This document shows positions 23,589 to 64,000 of a DNA stretch of 64,000 bases, in pieces. A program made the translations under genes and the position numbers. Each line of letters starts with the position of its first letter. Within the stretch, counting starts at the first letter, position 1. The notes under the pieces were generated by a model. The model was not told where the DNA came from and made no database searches. It was given only the letters and a program-made list of their open reading frames with translations. This DNA is from Amoebidium appalachense. Its lineage: Eukaryota; Protista; Ichthyosporea. Where the stretch lies: positions 8,370,940 to 8,434,939 of the forward strand of contig CAVNZM010000013.1 of assembly GCA_963693365.1 (NCBI GenBank), written 5' to 3'.

Positions 23589-24471
23589 ACCTCCGAGGCT
23601 CCCCAACTCCCAACCCTGCAACCCGTGCCTTTCTACATCTCTTCCAATACCCCTCCTTTTTCCCGCTTCCTCCTACCCCCCCCCCTCCCCCCCCCCCCCC
23701 CCCCCCTCCCCGGCTGCCGTCTCTACATGTTCCTGGGCCTACTGCAGTAGGTTATTGTTGCTAATACTGAGTAATGTTGCAGGCGTTGAAGCCACGAAGA
23801 GGAAAGAGCAATCCCACGGCCCTCTGAAAAAAAGCCGTGGCAATCCGCGCTCACCTACTGTAACCAATCAGCAATCTCGTTGCTGGTGATGTTTGATTGG
23901 CGGAATAAGAGAGCCTCACCAGGGCTGGCAATTGTGAATGAAATTGGAAGTTGACGAAAAGGACAAGCGGCGGAAATACAGCAACTAATTTTTCCCTATC
24001 AATATTAGCACGATATCCTGCTAACCAGGATTTATTAACCTAAGACTCACGGTTTAAATAAGTATAGAAGCAGCAGGAGAACCACCATGCTTGTTGCATA
24101 TTGCATTCCGGATGTGGCTTGGAATTTAATGTGGTGACATCTACGCATGATGTGTCTTCAGTAGGGTGAAACGGTTGAAACCAATGCTAAGCCTAAAGTA
24201 GACTCTTGAAGAAAATGGCCAATATTTGCCGTAGCCACTCCAGTTACTGCGTTGGTAATACCCGCCAGTTCATTACAGACCATCTCCACTCCAAAAGAAT
24301 ACTACAGCTGCAGGTTGGGCCCCACCTTTGCCTTTCAGCCTGCAGCCCGCAAGTTTAGTGCAGCCGCGAGCTCCAGGCTCATCACTCATCAGCACCAGAA
24401 AATGGCCAATGAAAGCACATTTCTATATATGCATACTTGCCGCAGCCACTAGTTTTAGGTGAGCCCTAGGT

Positions 24472-24504
24472 AGCCAATCATACGCAATGGTGACCTGATT
24501 GGTT
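24472..24504. promoter_or_regulatory. Inverted pair of CCAAT boxes (AGCCAATCA...TGATTGGTT) upstream of the CotH gene; a similar pair lies at ~23862-23901
   Basis: NF-Y-like consensus in both orientations, ~130-160 bp before the ATG at 24634. Confidence 0.35.
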
Positions 24505-24633
24505 GAATCGGTTTTGTTTACGACCAGGCTTCGCCAAAACAGACCCAGATTTTCCAACTCAGCGAAGGCGAACCACACAGCTCAAGCTCTTATTTCTTTG
24601 GGCCTGACCACGCGCGCAAAGGAACACAGGGAA

Positions 24634-27452
24634 ATGACACAGGGAGGGGCAGCGCCCCTCGCGGGGCAGCAATACAAGTCTGTGCACTCGGCAGAGACGC
24701 TCAGCTCTCTGCATGCATATGACGCTGAGGCTACCGACGTATATCCCACCACCCCGTGGTACCGCCAGACAAGATACCGTTTGATGGCCCTTCTCGCGCT
24801 TCTACTTGTTCTGGGTGTTGCCGTTGGTTGTGCCGTGCTGATTCCCAAAGCCGTTAGCTCGGGAAATGTGCAGGCATCGACTGGTAATGGAAACTACACT
24901 ACCACTTCCAGCACAGTGACTGCAAACACTTCCGCACCTACAGAGGCCACATCTGTTTCATCCACCAGCACCATCGACACCACACCACCACCAACATCAA
25001 CAACACAAACGAGCAGCACCTCAGCCAACAGCACCACCGCCGTTAGTGCGACTGTCGTTCCTAGTCCCGTGTGTGATCCAGCCAATGCCAACATAGTCAT
25101 CAATGAAATTTACCCGAACAAACCCCAAGACTGGGTGGAGTTCCACAACTTGGACCCCAACTGCGAGGCCGACCTCACCGGGTGGGCCATGCGGGACTCA
25201 AACGCCTCGCACGTGGCCATGGCCTTCAGGAATGCATGCCAGAAAATCCCCGCGGGGGGTTACATGGTTGTATTTTCGGGTGTTGGTGACTGCGCATTTG
25301 ACTTTGGCCTGGCCAGCGGAAAGGGGGATTCTGTAAATTTGATGAAAAATGGGCAGGTTGTGCAGACTGTTACCTGGGCTGACAACACGGTGCCGGGTGT
25401 TTCTTCGTACGCACGCAATGCCGACGGCTCGTTTTCGGCCACCACATCTGTCACTATGGGCAAGGCAAACCCGGCCACTGTTTTTGCACCACCAACCCCG
25501 GCACCAAAACCAACACAGCCACCCAGCGGTGACTATGAGCGCTCATACAGCATTTACGATAGTTCGCTGGCATACACAGGGCCCCTTACCTGGGGAGGGG
25601 TGGATACCATCGAGATCAAAACATGGGACACACCCACATATTCGTTCAGTCAGATGTACAATGCCCCTCGTGTGGCCGGTAACTCCACCCCCAACGCTGC
25701 TGTCGATGCATGCATCAGGTCTTCCGATTATGCAACAGACCTCCAGTCACCGTGTGGTCGGATTTGGGTGCGTGGTGCCACTGCCCGTGAGGCACCCGTC
25801 AAGTCTTTCTCCATCCAGCTAAATAAGGACGCGCCGCTAGGCAAATGGCGCGGAACACGCCAGCTGATTCTTTCTCGTTCCCCGTTCGATTATTCGCGGC
25901 TCAGACACGCTCTGGGGTACCGGCTCCTTCGGTCTATTCCAAACATGGTATCGCTCAACGTTAACTTTGTGAATGTGAAAATGAACGGCGAGGACTGGGG
26001 GCTGTACACATTCCTGGAGGACTATGATGACGGCATGCTTGAGCGCCACGGATTGGACAAGAACGGTTTCCTTTTAAAGGCAAAGAATTTCGGGTTTAGC
26101 CTACCGGATTCAGGTTGGCCTGGGTCGGCGGATTGGTTGGAGGCTGAAACCCGCACGGACTCTGCCGAATGGTACGACAGGATCCTGCCGGTGGCGAAGG
26201 GTCTGGACGAGGCAGCATGGGCCAATGACGGTGCCGCATTCAAGAAGGTCTTCACCGAAAACTTCAACCTTGAAAATGTCATCACATATTTGGCCTTTGC
26301 TGCCGTGATTCTCAACAACGACATCTTCAACCAGAACTACTACCTCTACTCCCCTAGCGATGCTAGAAAGTACGTTTCCCCCTCCCCCACCCCCTCCCTC
26401 CACCCCCATCCCCCTCTCCCACCCCCTCCGCCCTCCCCCACCCCCTCCCCACATCCTTTTCCCATCAGTAAAAAAAGAAAAAAAAAGAGCCTACCCCCTC
26501 CAGCCCCACGTCCCCCCATAGCATGCCCTCCTAGCAGCTCCCATCAGGTCTAACATGCATGCGGTAACGTTTCCAAACAGGTCCCCTTCGTGCCCCCCTC
26601 CCCCCCTCCCCCCCTCCCCCCCTTGCCTGCCCGCAAGCCCGCCCAAACCACCACCACCACCGTTACGTTGGCCGTCTGTGGCCGCTATCTGTTTCCTTGC
26701 TACCCACACCTGCCCCAACCCCTCCTCCATACAGGCACGCACACACCTCGTGCACAGAATCAGCAATCCATTTCCCACATTTGAGCATACTGTATTACTC
26801 GTTATTGCTAGCCGTATGTTGCTGAAATATCGTACCTGGTACCCGCCCTCCCTATTCAATGTTTTCTGCAAAGTTTGTTTTCTTACCCATTCCCTCCCCC
26901 CTCCCCGTCACTACTTCTCTCTATGCCACCCCCGTCGCCCTCCTCCCCCCCCCCCCCCCTCCACCCTTCCCCCCTTCCTCCCCCCTCCCCCCCTCCCCCC
27001 CTCCCCCCCTGCCACCACTCACCCACCCCTCTTTGTGCAGGTGGTCTTTCCTCTTCTGGGACCTAGACGGCGGATTTGATTGGTGTGGCCAGGAGGGTGT
27101 GGATCTCAACGACCCTGCCTGCAAGGCGCACACCAGCGGGCTGCTTGCGCAGATGCGGACGGACGACGGCTACGTCAACCACGTGTACCGCCAGCTGCTG
27201 TCGGTGGACGGCATGCTCGACCGGGTCACCGCCAGGGCACGGGAGCTGACTCAGCCCGGTGGACCCCTCGCTCCGGATTTCTGCGTCAGCGTATGTGCCC
27301 CCTCTCCCCCAACTCCCCCCCTCTCCCCCCTCCTCCTCCTCACACACACGCCCAACACACATACACACACACACACACACACTTAGTGAGATATACAAAG
27401 ACAACGAGCCACGAACACACAAACATATATCCACCCATATACAAAACATTCA

Positions 27453-27504
<52 letters not shown>

Positions 27505-28042
27505 CACACACACTCCCTCGGACACATCGACACGTACACACTTCCATATCTCGTGTTCCCCCATCCACCTCCCCTCCACCCCCCACCTTCTCCTCCCGCA
27601 CCACCCACACACTAAAAACCGATCCCCATCGCATATACTTTTTCCCTCCTGTCATCCCATCCTTCCAATGAGCCTTTCCTCTGAGCCCCCGTCCCCACCC
27701 TTCCTTCCTCCCTCAACCCCCCCCCCCCCCCCCCCCGACCCTGCCCTTTCTCCCACCGCCAAACAAAAACACTACATCACACCTCCAGTCTTCCCTTTTA
27801 GCCCTAATCTTTGCCAGCAACACATCATCACCTCTTTCCCAATAGTTTTTTTCCGCTCACCGCCCCATAATCTCCCCCCCCCCCCCCCCCCCCCTTTCCC
27901 TGCGCGTCCCCTTATGGCCAGACAAATTTGGTTGCATACACACACCCAAACCCAACCTCATACTTTCACTTACTCTTTCGGCCTTTTTTCTTCCAATAGC
28001 TCTCCATCTCTTTTCCCCTCCCAGCCCCCCCCCTCCTCCTCC

Positions 28043-28073
<31 letters not shown>

Positions 28074-28499
28074 CCTATCCCCCCCGCGTCCCCCTTACCT
28101 GCGCATGTCGTAACCCAGCAAATGATGCTCGAATCAGATGGTGCATTCGCACTTTCCCCTCCCTCCCCCTCATCCCCCCCTCCCCCTCCCCTCCGCGGCC
28201 CTCACTTTCTTTCCCTTTCCGCCCACTCCTTTTTCTTCCCTGTACTGTGCATGACATGTCTTGTGCGGTGCTAATAATATCCACCAATCACAACACAGGT
28301 GCTCAACCAGATGGCCAGCACCATCCGTCCATACGTCTCTGTGGGCCCCAAGGACACGTGGCCGATGGATGTAGATCAGTTCGATCGGGAGATTGAAAGA
28401 TTGCGAAATTTCCTTTCGAATATGATGAGCAATTATGAAAGCCGCGAACTGGGTGGATGGTCCAACGCCAATATATCGCCACTCTATGAACACTGGTGA
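24634..28499 (+). CDS. Type-II membrane protein: TM, S/T-rich stalk, lamin-tail domain (LTD), CotH-family kinase; 3 exons (24634-26369, 27041-27290, 28299-28499), 728 aa
   Basis: LTD motif IVINEIYP..PQDWVEFHN...DLTGWAMRD. CotH motifs GRIWVRGATAR..PVKSFSIQL, D.SRLR, V.MNGEDWGLY..LE, NNDIFNQNYYLY and WSFLFWDLDGGF. In-phase GT-AG junctions (2187 nt). Confidence 0.9.
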
Positions 28500-28948
28500 A
28501 ACGTAACTTCATCTAATTTAGTTTATCCCATTACTAAGCTGGTTGGTATTGAGTAAATTATGTGTCTGTTTGGTTGAAAATAATGCTCTTGTGCCGGTAT
28601 AAGATATGTATAGGTAGAGGTAAAAATGGATCGGTCTCGCGCTTTAGCCCCTGGCCGATCCCTAGGCACGAGGGGATATGAACCTGCGGGGATATATTTA
28701 CATTTACGGGATATATAATGCTCAGCTGGTCTGTGGTGCAGCAATAAAGTTACGAGTTTCTGAATAAACAGAATTGTACAATTGTGCAATTTGAGCCTTT
28801 TTTGTGTGTGTGTGGTTGGAGAGGGGGGGAAGGGGGGGGGGGGGGGAGGGGGCTACTAGAGGGAAGTGTTTAAGTAACCACACAATAAAGCGTACACACG
28901 TTCACCCGACATCTATGTACGTGATCATGATATACCGCTGAGTTGTGG

Positions 28949-31537
<2,589 letters not shown>

Positions 31538-32206
31538 GGATGTGGATGTCCAGGACAATTGCTCAAGACAATTGTCACCCGGGAGCCCATGGCCAGGCGA
31601 CGCCAGCGGGCTAATAAGCATGGGTGAATGCCACGGTCTCCGGATACTACAGGAAGTATGCGCATGCATACGTTCTGTACATCTGCTTGCAGTCTTCATC
31701 ATTATCGACTATATCTGGGTGAATAAGGTTTTAGTTGCGGACTATCATCCATGGTGGACATACTTGTAGGCCTACGTGGTGAGATTTTCTGAGGAACGGC
31801 CCCCAATGGCGCAAAGTTTCAATGATGATGGATCCAAGTTGCCATTTCAAGCCCTGGATGACGCATGCCATAAGCAAGCTTATCAGTTCCTCCTATACCA
31901 AGCTTTTTAAAATGGGCTTGGGGTTTACACACCTTCTTAGGGCTTCCTACAAATTCAGAGAGATTTTTTTCCCGTTCCTTGTTCAAAGGAGACGTTCACG
32001 GAACAATGAATGCTAATCAACGATTTTTCATTACAGTTATATAGGGGAAACCAAAATTTAAATTTATGACAATGATCGCACCATACATAATAGGGCTGCT
32101 GTAGCAGCCTAATTTCCAAAATTAATTTTCGAAACACATGCGGGCATGATTCGAATTTCGAATCAATCATTCCGTGCTTTATATATAGGGGTTACAACAT
32201 TTTTTG

Positions 32207-32495
32207 TTGCGTGGACACTGTCGGAGGCCCAGCCACATTCGACGGCCTACTGCATATATAAACATGTTTCTGTACCATGTAGGCATTATCATTTTTTTTC
32301 TTTTGACTGGATTTACTCAACGGAAAGATATGCAAGTATGCACGGCATACTGCGGAGAAGACAATAAAAACTTCACAAGTTATTCAGTAACAAGTGTTTT
32401 GACTGGATTTATTCATATCATTTGGTCGAGGGGTTTACACACTTTTTATTGCGTGGACACTGCCGGAGGCCCAGCCACATTCGACGGCCTACTGC
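32207..32495 (+). repeat. Direct repeat of ~47 bp (32207-32253, 32449-32495) upstream of the RTK gene
   Basis: TTGCGTGGACACTG(T/C)CGGAGGCCCAGCCACATTCGACGGCCTACTGC occurs twice, 242 bp apart. Confidence 0.85.
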
Positions 32496-33334
32496 GTTTT
32501 CCAGCGCAGCCAATCAAAGGCAGCCAGTGACATATGTACATGCTAGGCAACAATGAGCGCCATCGTAGTGTATGACACCCATAGTCTGGGCCAAAACTAC
32601 AATAAGTCTACGGGGCATATGATCAGGAAACTGATTGGTTCGATTTATACTTGGTTTTCATCAGCAGCTCGCAAAAATTTTACGTTCTAGGAGGTTGGGG
32701 CCGGTGCAAATTGCATATCATTTTTTAAGGAAAAATGACTCAAACTGTAGCCATAACATTAATTTAGCTATACAAAATACCCCTTCATATTGAAAACTGA
32801 CCTTTAGGGCTTTTAAAAAGTTATCTACAAAGAAAAGCTGCTTAATGAATAAGAAGTAATTAATAAGAAAAAACATTACTGGTGTAATTTGCAGATAGTG
32901 ATGGACCCCTACCGAATACAGCATTTCCGTTTGTGGCGCGTGCGCAGAGATCTGATGCATCCCCGAACACTGCACGTGCAGAGTCTAGACACAGGGCATG
33001 TTTGTACACGCAAAGTACCGTGACGGACTGGCAGTCAGAAGTCAGTGGGCCTATGCTGTAGTGAGTGGTGTCTGTGTGCTCTCCCTTTAATTTCCTACAG
33101 CGTATGTAGCATACAAAGCGAGATACAGACCCGAACAGCATCACCGGCAGCCATCGGTAACTCTAGAGTCGGCACTGCTCACCTGCCAGTAGTACAGCAC
33201 GTCGGGTTCACTCAGTCACACCCTCTTAGTCAGGTCAAACGTATACCTAACATGCAGTAGAAAGAACATACAACAGCTGCACACTCTAGGCGCCTCAGAT
33301 CCGACATTTTTTAGTGCGCTAGAGAATAGGCATC

Positions 33335-59446
<26,112 letters not shown>

Positions 59447-60251
59447 TATTGATACACGTGTCCTGGTGACTCTTAATTTGGCTTATGTAAATTCAAGTTT
59501 TTAAAAACGAAGATATTCCTTAGCTGACATGTGCATGTAGGTTGGTGAGGAAAAATAGAATTATACGGATTATATCGATATATTTTAGACTTAGTCTGGC
59601 AGGGTAAATGAAATAATACATAAAAAATGTAATAATTGTTTTAGTGTACTCATTAGTCAATGATTGAGGGTTTGTTTCTTGCCTCCTGCATGGCATTGGC
59701 CAAGGAATGCATGCATGGGTTGCAAATGTACATACTATTTAACTCCGCATCAGATGATACAGCACCCTTGATAAATATGTAAAGTAGTGTGTTACCTATA
59801 GCTATGTAATAAGCCGGTGTTGGCGTTGTGAGTCTGGGTGCTGTACACACACGTATCCCATTGAAAATGTAATGATGATTGTGTGTTAAGCCCGTTCAAC
59901 TATTCTAATTGATGTATGTTCATATATATGCATTACTCAATTTCTAGGTCTTCGAGGACCTGATAAGTAGTTGTCTGACATAGCAGTAACAAGTTTGTGC
60001 AGCAGGACCAGCCTAAGGGAGGGGATGTAGTGCGCTCGCGAAACGGCATAAAAAAGTCGTATCGTGATCATGGATGGCACATTAATATTGCATTGCGGCT
60101 TCTGAATCAGGCAAGATGATGATGGAAGATGTGGAGGTCCTTGATTATAATGCAGACTGGTCCGCCTAGAGTCTACCGAAGCTGGCTGGCAAATATGATA
60201 AGGGGGGAAGGAGAGGGGGGGGTTGGAGGTTGGGCGCCTGGCCGATCTAGA

Positions 60252-60312
<61 letters not shown>

Positions 60313-60395
60313 ACGGTGTGTGTGTGTGTGTGTGTGTCACGGTGTGTGTGTGAGTGTGTGTGTGTGTGTGTGTCACGGTGTGTGTGTGTGTACAC

Positions 60396-60453
<58 letters not shown>

Positions 60454-60475
60454 GGGGGGAGGGGGGGGGGGGGGG

Positions 60476-60543
60476 ATCGAGGCACCGTACCTAGCTGAGC
60501 TCAACATGCATATGCATTTCCATGGCATCGTAATTTAGCACGT

Positions 60544-60609
<66 letters not shown>

Positions 60610-60719
60610 GGGGAGGGGGAGGGGGGGGGGGGGGGGGGGGGGGGGATCGAGGCACCGTACCTAGCTGAGCTCAACATGCATATGCATTTCCATGGCATCG
60701 TAATTTAGCACGTCACGTG
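60476..60719 (+). repeat. Exact 74-bp duplication (60476-60549, 60646-60719), each copy preceded by (GT)n and poly-G
   Basis: ATCGAGGCACCGTACCTAGCTGAGCTC...TTTAGCACGTCACGTG is identical in both copies, period 170 bp. Confidence 0.85.
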
Positions 60720-62498
60720 CGCATGCACACGTGCAGACTGAAAATCAGAAAGTACTGTAAGCGGGGTATGTTGTACTACGTACTGCATGAGAAATCGAAA
60801 ACGGCCAGAAAAGGCCCTTGGCCCGCCAAAACAGCACCGACACATGGCACTCTGCACTGTCTGGACTGTTCCTTTGAAGTTCCCCTGATTGCACTGAGGG
60901 CAGACCCGGCAGACTGGCAGGGAAAGCTTAAGGGGTATATGTAGAAGAAAGGAGGTGTTGCACGTGGCCATGGACAGGGGTCATATTTTATTGATTGTAG
61001 TAGGAGCTAGCTAGCCTATGCGCGCACGGTGTTTGATGAGCTCGAGTGCTGTAGATGTGTCCGGGCGTGCAAACGTGATGACGCTTCCCTCGAGCAGCTG
61101 AGATATAGCACCAGTGGGCACCCTCACCAGATCCAAACGAGGCACAGATCTGACTGGCACAGCACTGAAAAATTAGCCTCGCAACTTCGCAAGGCCATTG
61201 GCCATGCGCGCACCTCCAGGGATCCAACCAGAAAGTTCCGCCCAATTCGGAATTCATAAGTGATGGTCAGCCCAAGAAAAGTTCACAGATGATGAAAAAG
61301 CTGTCGATATTCATATCCTGTAGTCATAAAGGGATTCATAAAGGGGGGAAATTCACATTGGTGACATGTGGCATTGGCTGCAGTAAGGACTGCCTGCCTT
61401 CTAAAGCTAAAATACTGCGGGTGTGCTAATGATGAAAACTGTGGAATGCCATATCAGTGCTCACCCTATACCCCTGACGTGGTCCGATCACATGGTGATG
61501 ATCTGACCATGTATGTATTAGATGTATGGTACATGTGACTCATGAAAACTTGTACAGGTATACTATGTATGTGTAAACTAAACCTACATGTAGCCTACAG
61601 GTGCAGCTGTAACAGCACTCGCTGGAGAGTTCTCGAGATTCGAGCTCTAGATCTAGAGAGATATCTTTTTGGAGGCCAGCTGCAGCGCTAACAGCCTCCC
61701 CCCAAGCAAGCAAACCTTTCAGTACCTTCACGGGGTAAACAGTAGATGCCCTGAAATAAATAAACAAAACGAAACAACGTGGTCGGCCTCGTACATGCGC
61801 CATGGCACTAATAATATTTTAGCAAAGTATATATGATATGACTGTACATGTAACAGTGGTGTGCTTCCTGGGGTATAGGGAGAGTGCTTGTGGAATGCCA
61901 GGCATGGAAGGATTTTATCCGCCATCTAATAAATGACGATACATAATCCACGTGTCTTGGCGACTCTCCTTCACTATAATCCTTATATTCCAGTAAGTAA
62001 TTACCACGGCACTGCGTAATACAAATTACGTACTTAAAGGGGCTTATGGGGTTTTCAGATGTATGTTCCAGAGGTTAGCCAATCATCATCGGATCTCAAA
62101 GTCTGGTCGCGACGGTAGGCCGCGTCAAATCTTGCCAGTGGGCCCTACACACCGAGCAAACATGTGTCGCGTATCACCAGAGCGTAAATTTTGCGTGTTG
62201 CGAATGTCCATAAAACACTTTTACCCAGGCTATGTAACTCGTCGATTCATTATTTGCGAGGCCGCCATTTGAGTGCCGAAGGGAGATTTTCCCGAGCTGG
62301 AGTATCCTGATGATGTCAACTTGAAGGGTCCAATTAATACATCTTATTACACATGTTACATTTACTTATGTCCCTTTACTCAACTTGTCTGAATTGTACA
62401 CTTGCATGGTGCTACTTCTACCCAGCTGTCACCCACCAAAGGATCTTTTGTAGTAATGTCCACCATCCTGTGTGCCAGGTACACCAAGCCAAACATAA

Positions 62499-62649
62499 AT
62501 GAGAATGGGTACTAGAGTAAGGCCCCCAGCCACACACACCTCACACACCCGCTTTTTATTGGTGGCATTGGTTCTGTGTTTATCTTTCGATATCGCTGCA
62601 GCCGTTTGCGGCCCTTTGCAATACGAGGACCCTTTGACTAGCTGTCACG
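62499..62649 (+). CDS. First exon of a secreted or receptor protein, probable paralogue of the RTK; the gene continues beyond the window
   Basis: MRMGTRVRPPATHTSHTRFLLVALVLCLSFDIAAAVCGPLQYEDPLTSCH followed by a phase-1 donor GTAAGA. Same layout as RTK exon 1 (MG...PP, signal peptide, VC..xQY....C, phase 1; 151 vs 154 nt). Confidence 0.65.
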
Positions 62650-62867
62650 GTAAGAAGTCTTCCCTGCATGCCAGGCACATCGGATTCAGACACGTCACGC
62701 TCTTCATGGGATACCTGTGAATGCATGGCTGTGGGTTGTGGCACCATGGTGCCCACTTAGTGCCGCCATCAATACATGCATGCTCGGCCACACTAGGAGT
62801 GTATATTAGTATTTCATAGGGTTGCTTGCGCCATGCTCGTTTCTGCTTCTCGCTGTACACGGCATAG

Positions 62868-63680
<813 letters not shown>

Positions 63681-64000
63681 TGGGTGCGCACGGCCGCGCG
63701 CGCACACACGCGTGTGCTGTGTATGTGTGTGTGCGTGCGCGCATGCGCGGGCGTTACACTGCGACACTGCGTGTGTGCAGTGTGTATTTATGTGTTTGTT
63801 GTGTGTGTGAATATGTGGGGGGTGGCCCTTGCGTGTAGCATATCTAGCATCATGCGCGACTTCTGCACGTGTCTCTGCCAACATGCACAAGTGACCTGTT
63901 CCACAGCCACGGTGCATGTGCTTTGAAAATTTATGAGATGGCCCATATAATTCACGTTTTGCCTGCTCGAGAGAATGTCATTATATGCGTCCGACTTGGC

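Noticed and set aside
24499-24633. N-terminal ORF extensions from non-ATG starts (also at 304 and 6703)
   Set aside because: TTG starts are an artefact of the ORF caller; the first ATG was used.

Overview
Intron-rich eukaryotic genomic DNA with many (CA)n/(GT)n and poly-C/poly-G tracts. It is most likely from a non-metazoan holozoan such as an ichthyosporean; this is inferred from an HRDLAARN receptor tyrosine kinase, U12 introns and a bacterial-type CotH gene. Most ORFs in the supplied track are microsatellite artefacts, so genes were spliced by hand with phase checks. In order, the window holds: (1) two convergent intronless genes with a SAND-like motif and C-terminal coiled coil, the second interrupted by a 1-bp frameshift; (2) a six-exon LSm5 with two apparent U12-type introns; (3) a five-exon minus-strand Fam20-like protein lacking the catalytic residues; (4) an intronless GT31 galactosyltransferase; (5) a type-II membrane lamin-tail-domain + CotH kinase; (6) a small minus-strand Cys/Thr-rich gene; (7) a 40-exon, ~2,660-aa receptor tyrosine kinase with 18 Ca-binding EGF modules, a mucin stalk and ~575 aa of hexapeptide left-handed beta-helix repeats; (8) the first exon of a probable paralogous receptor. 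One kinase exon is flanked by tandem arrays of its own acceptor (11 decoys with a hairpin over the branch point) and its own donor. Two MITE-like insertions are present. All family assignments come from motif recognition by eye; no searches were run.
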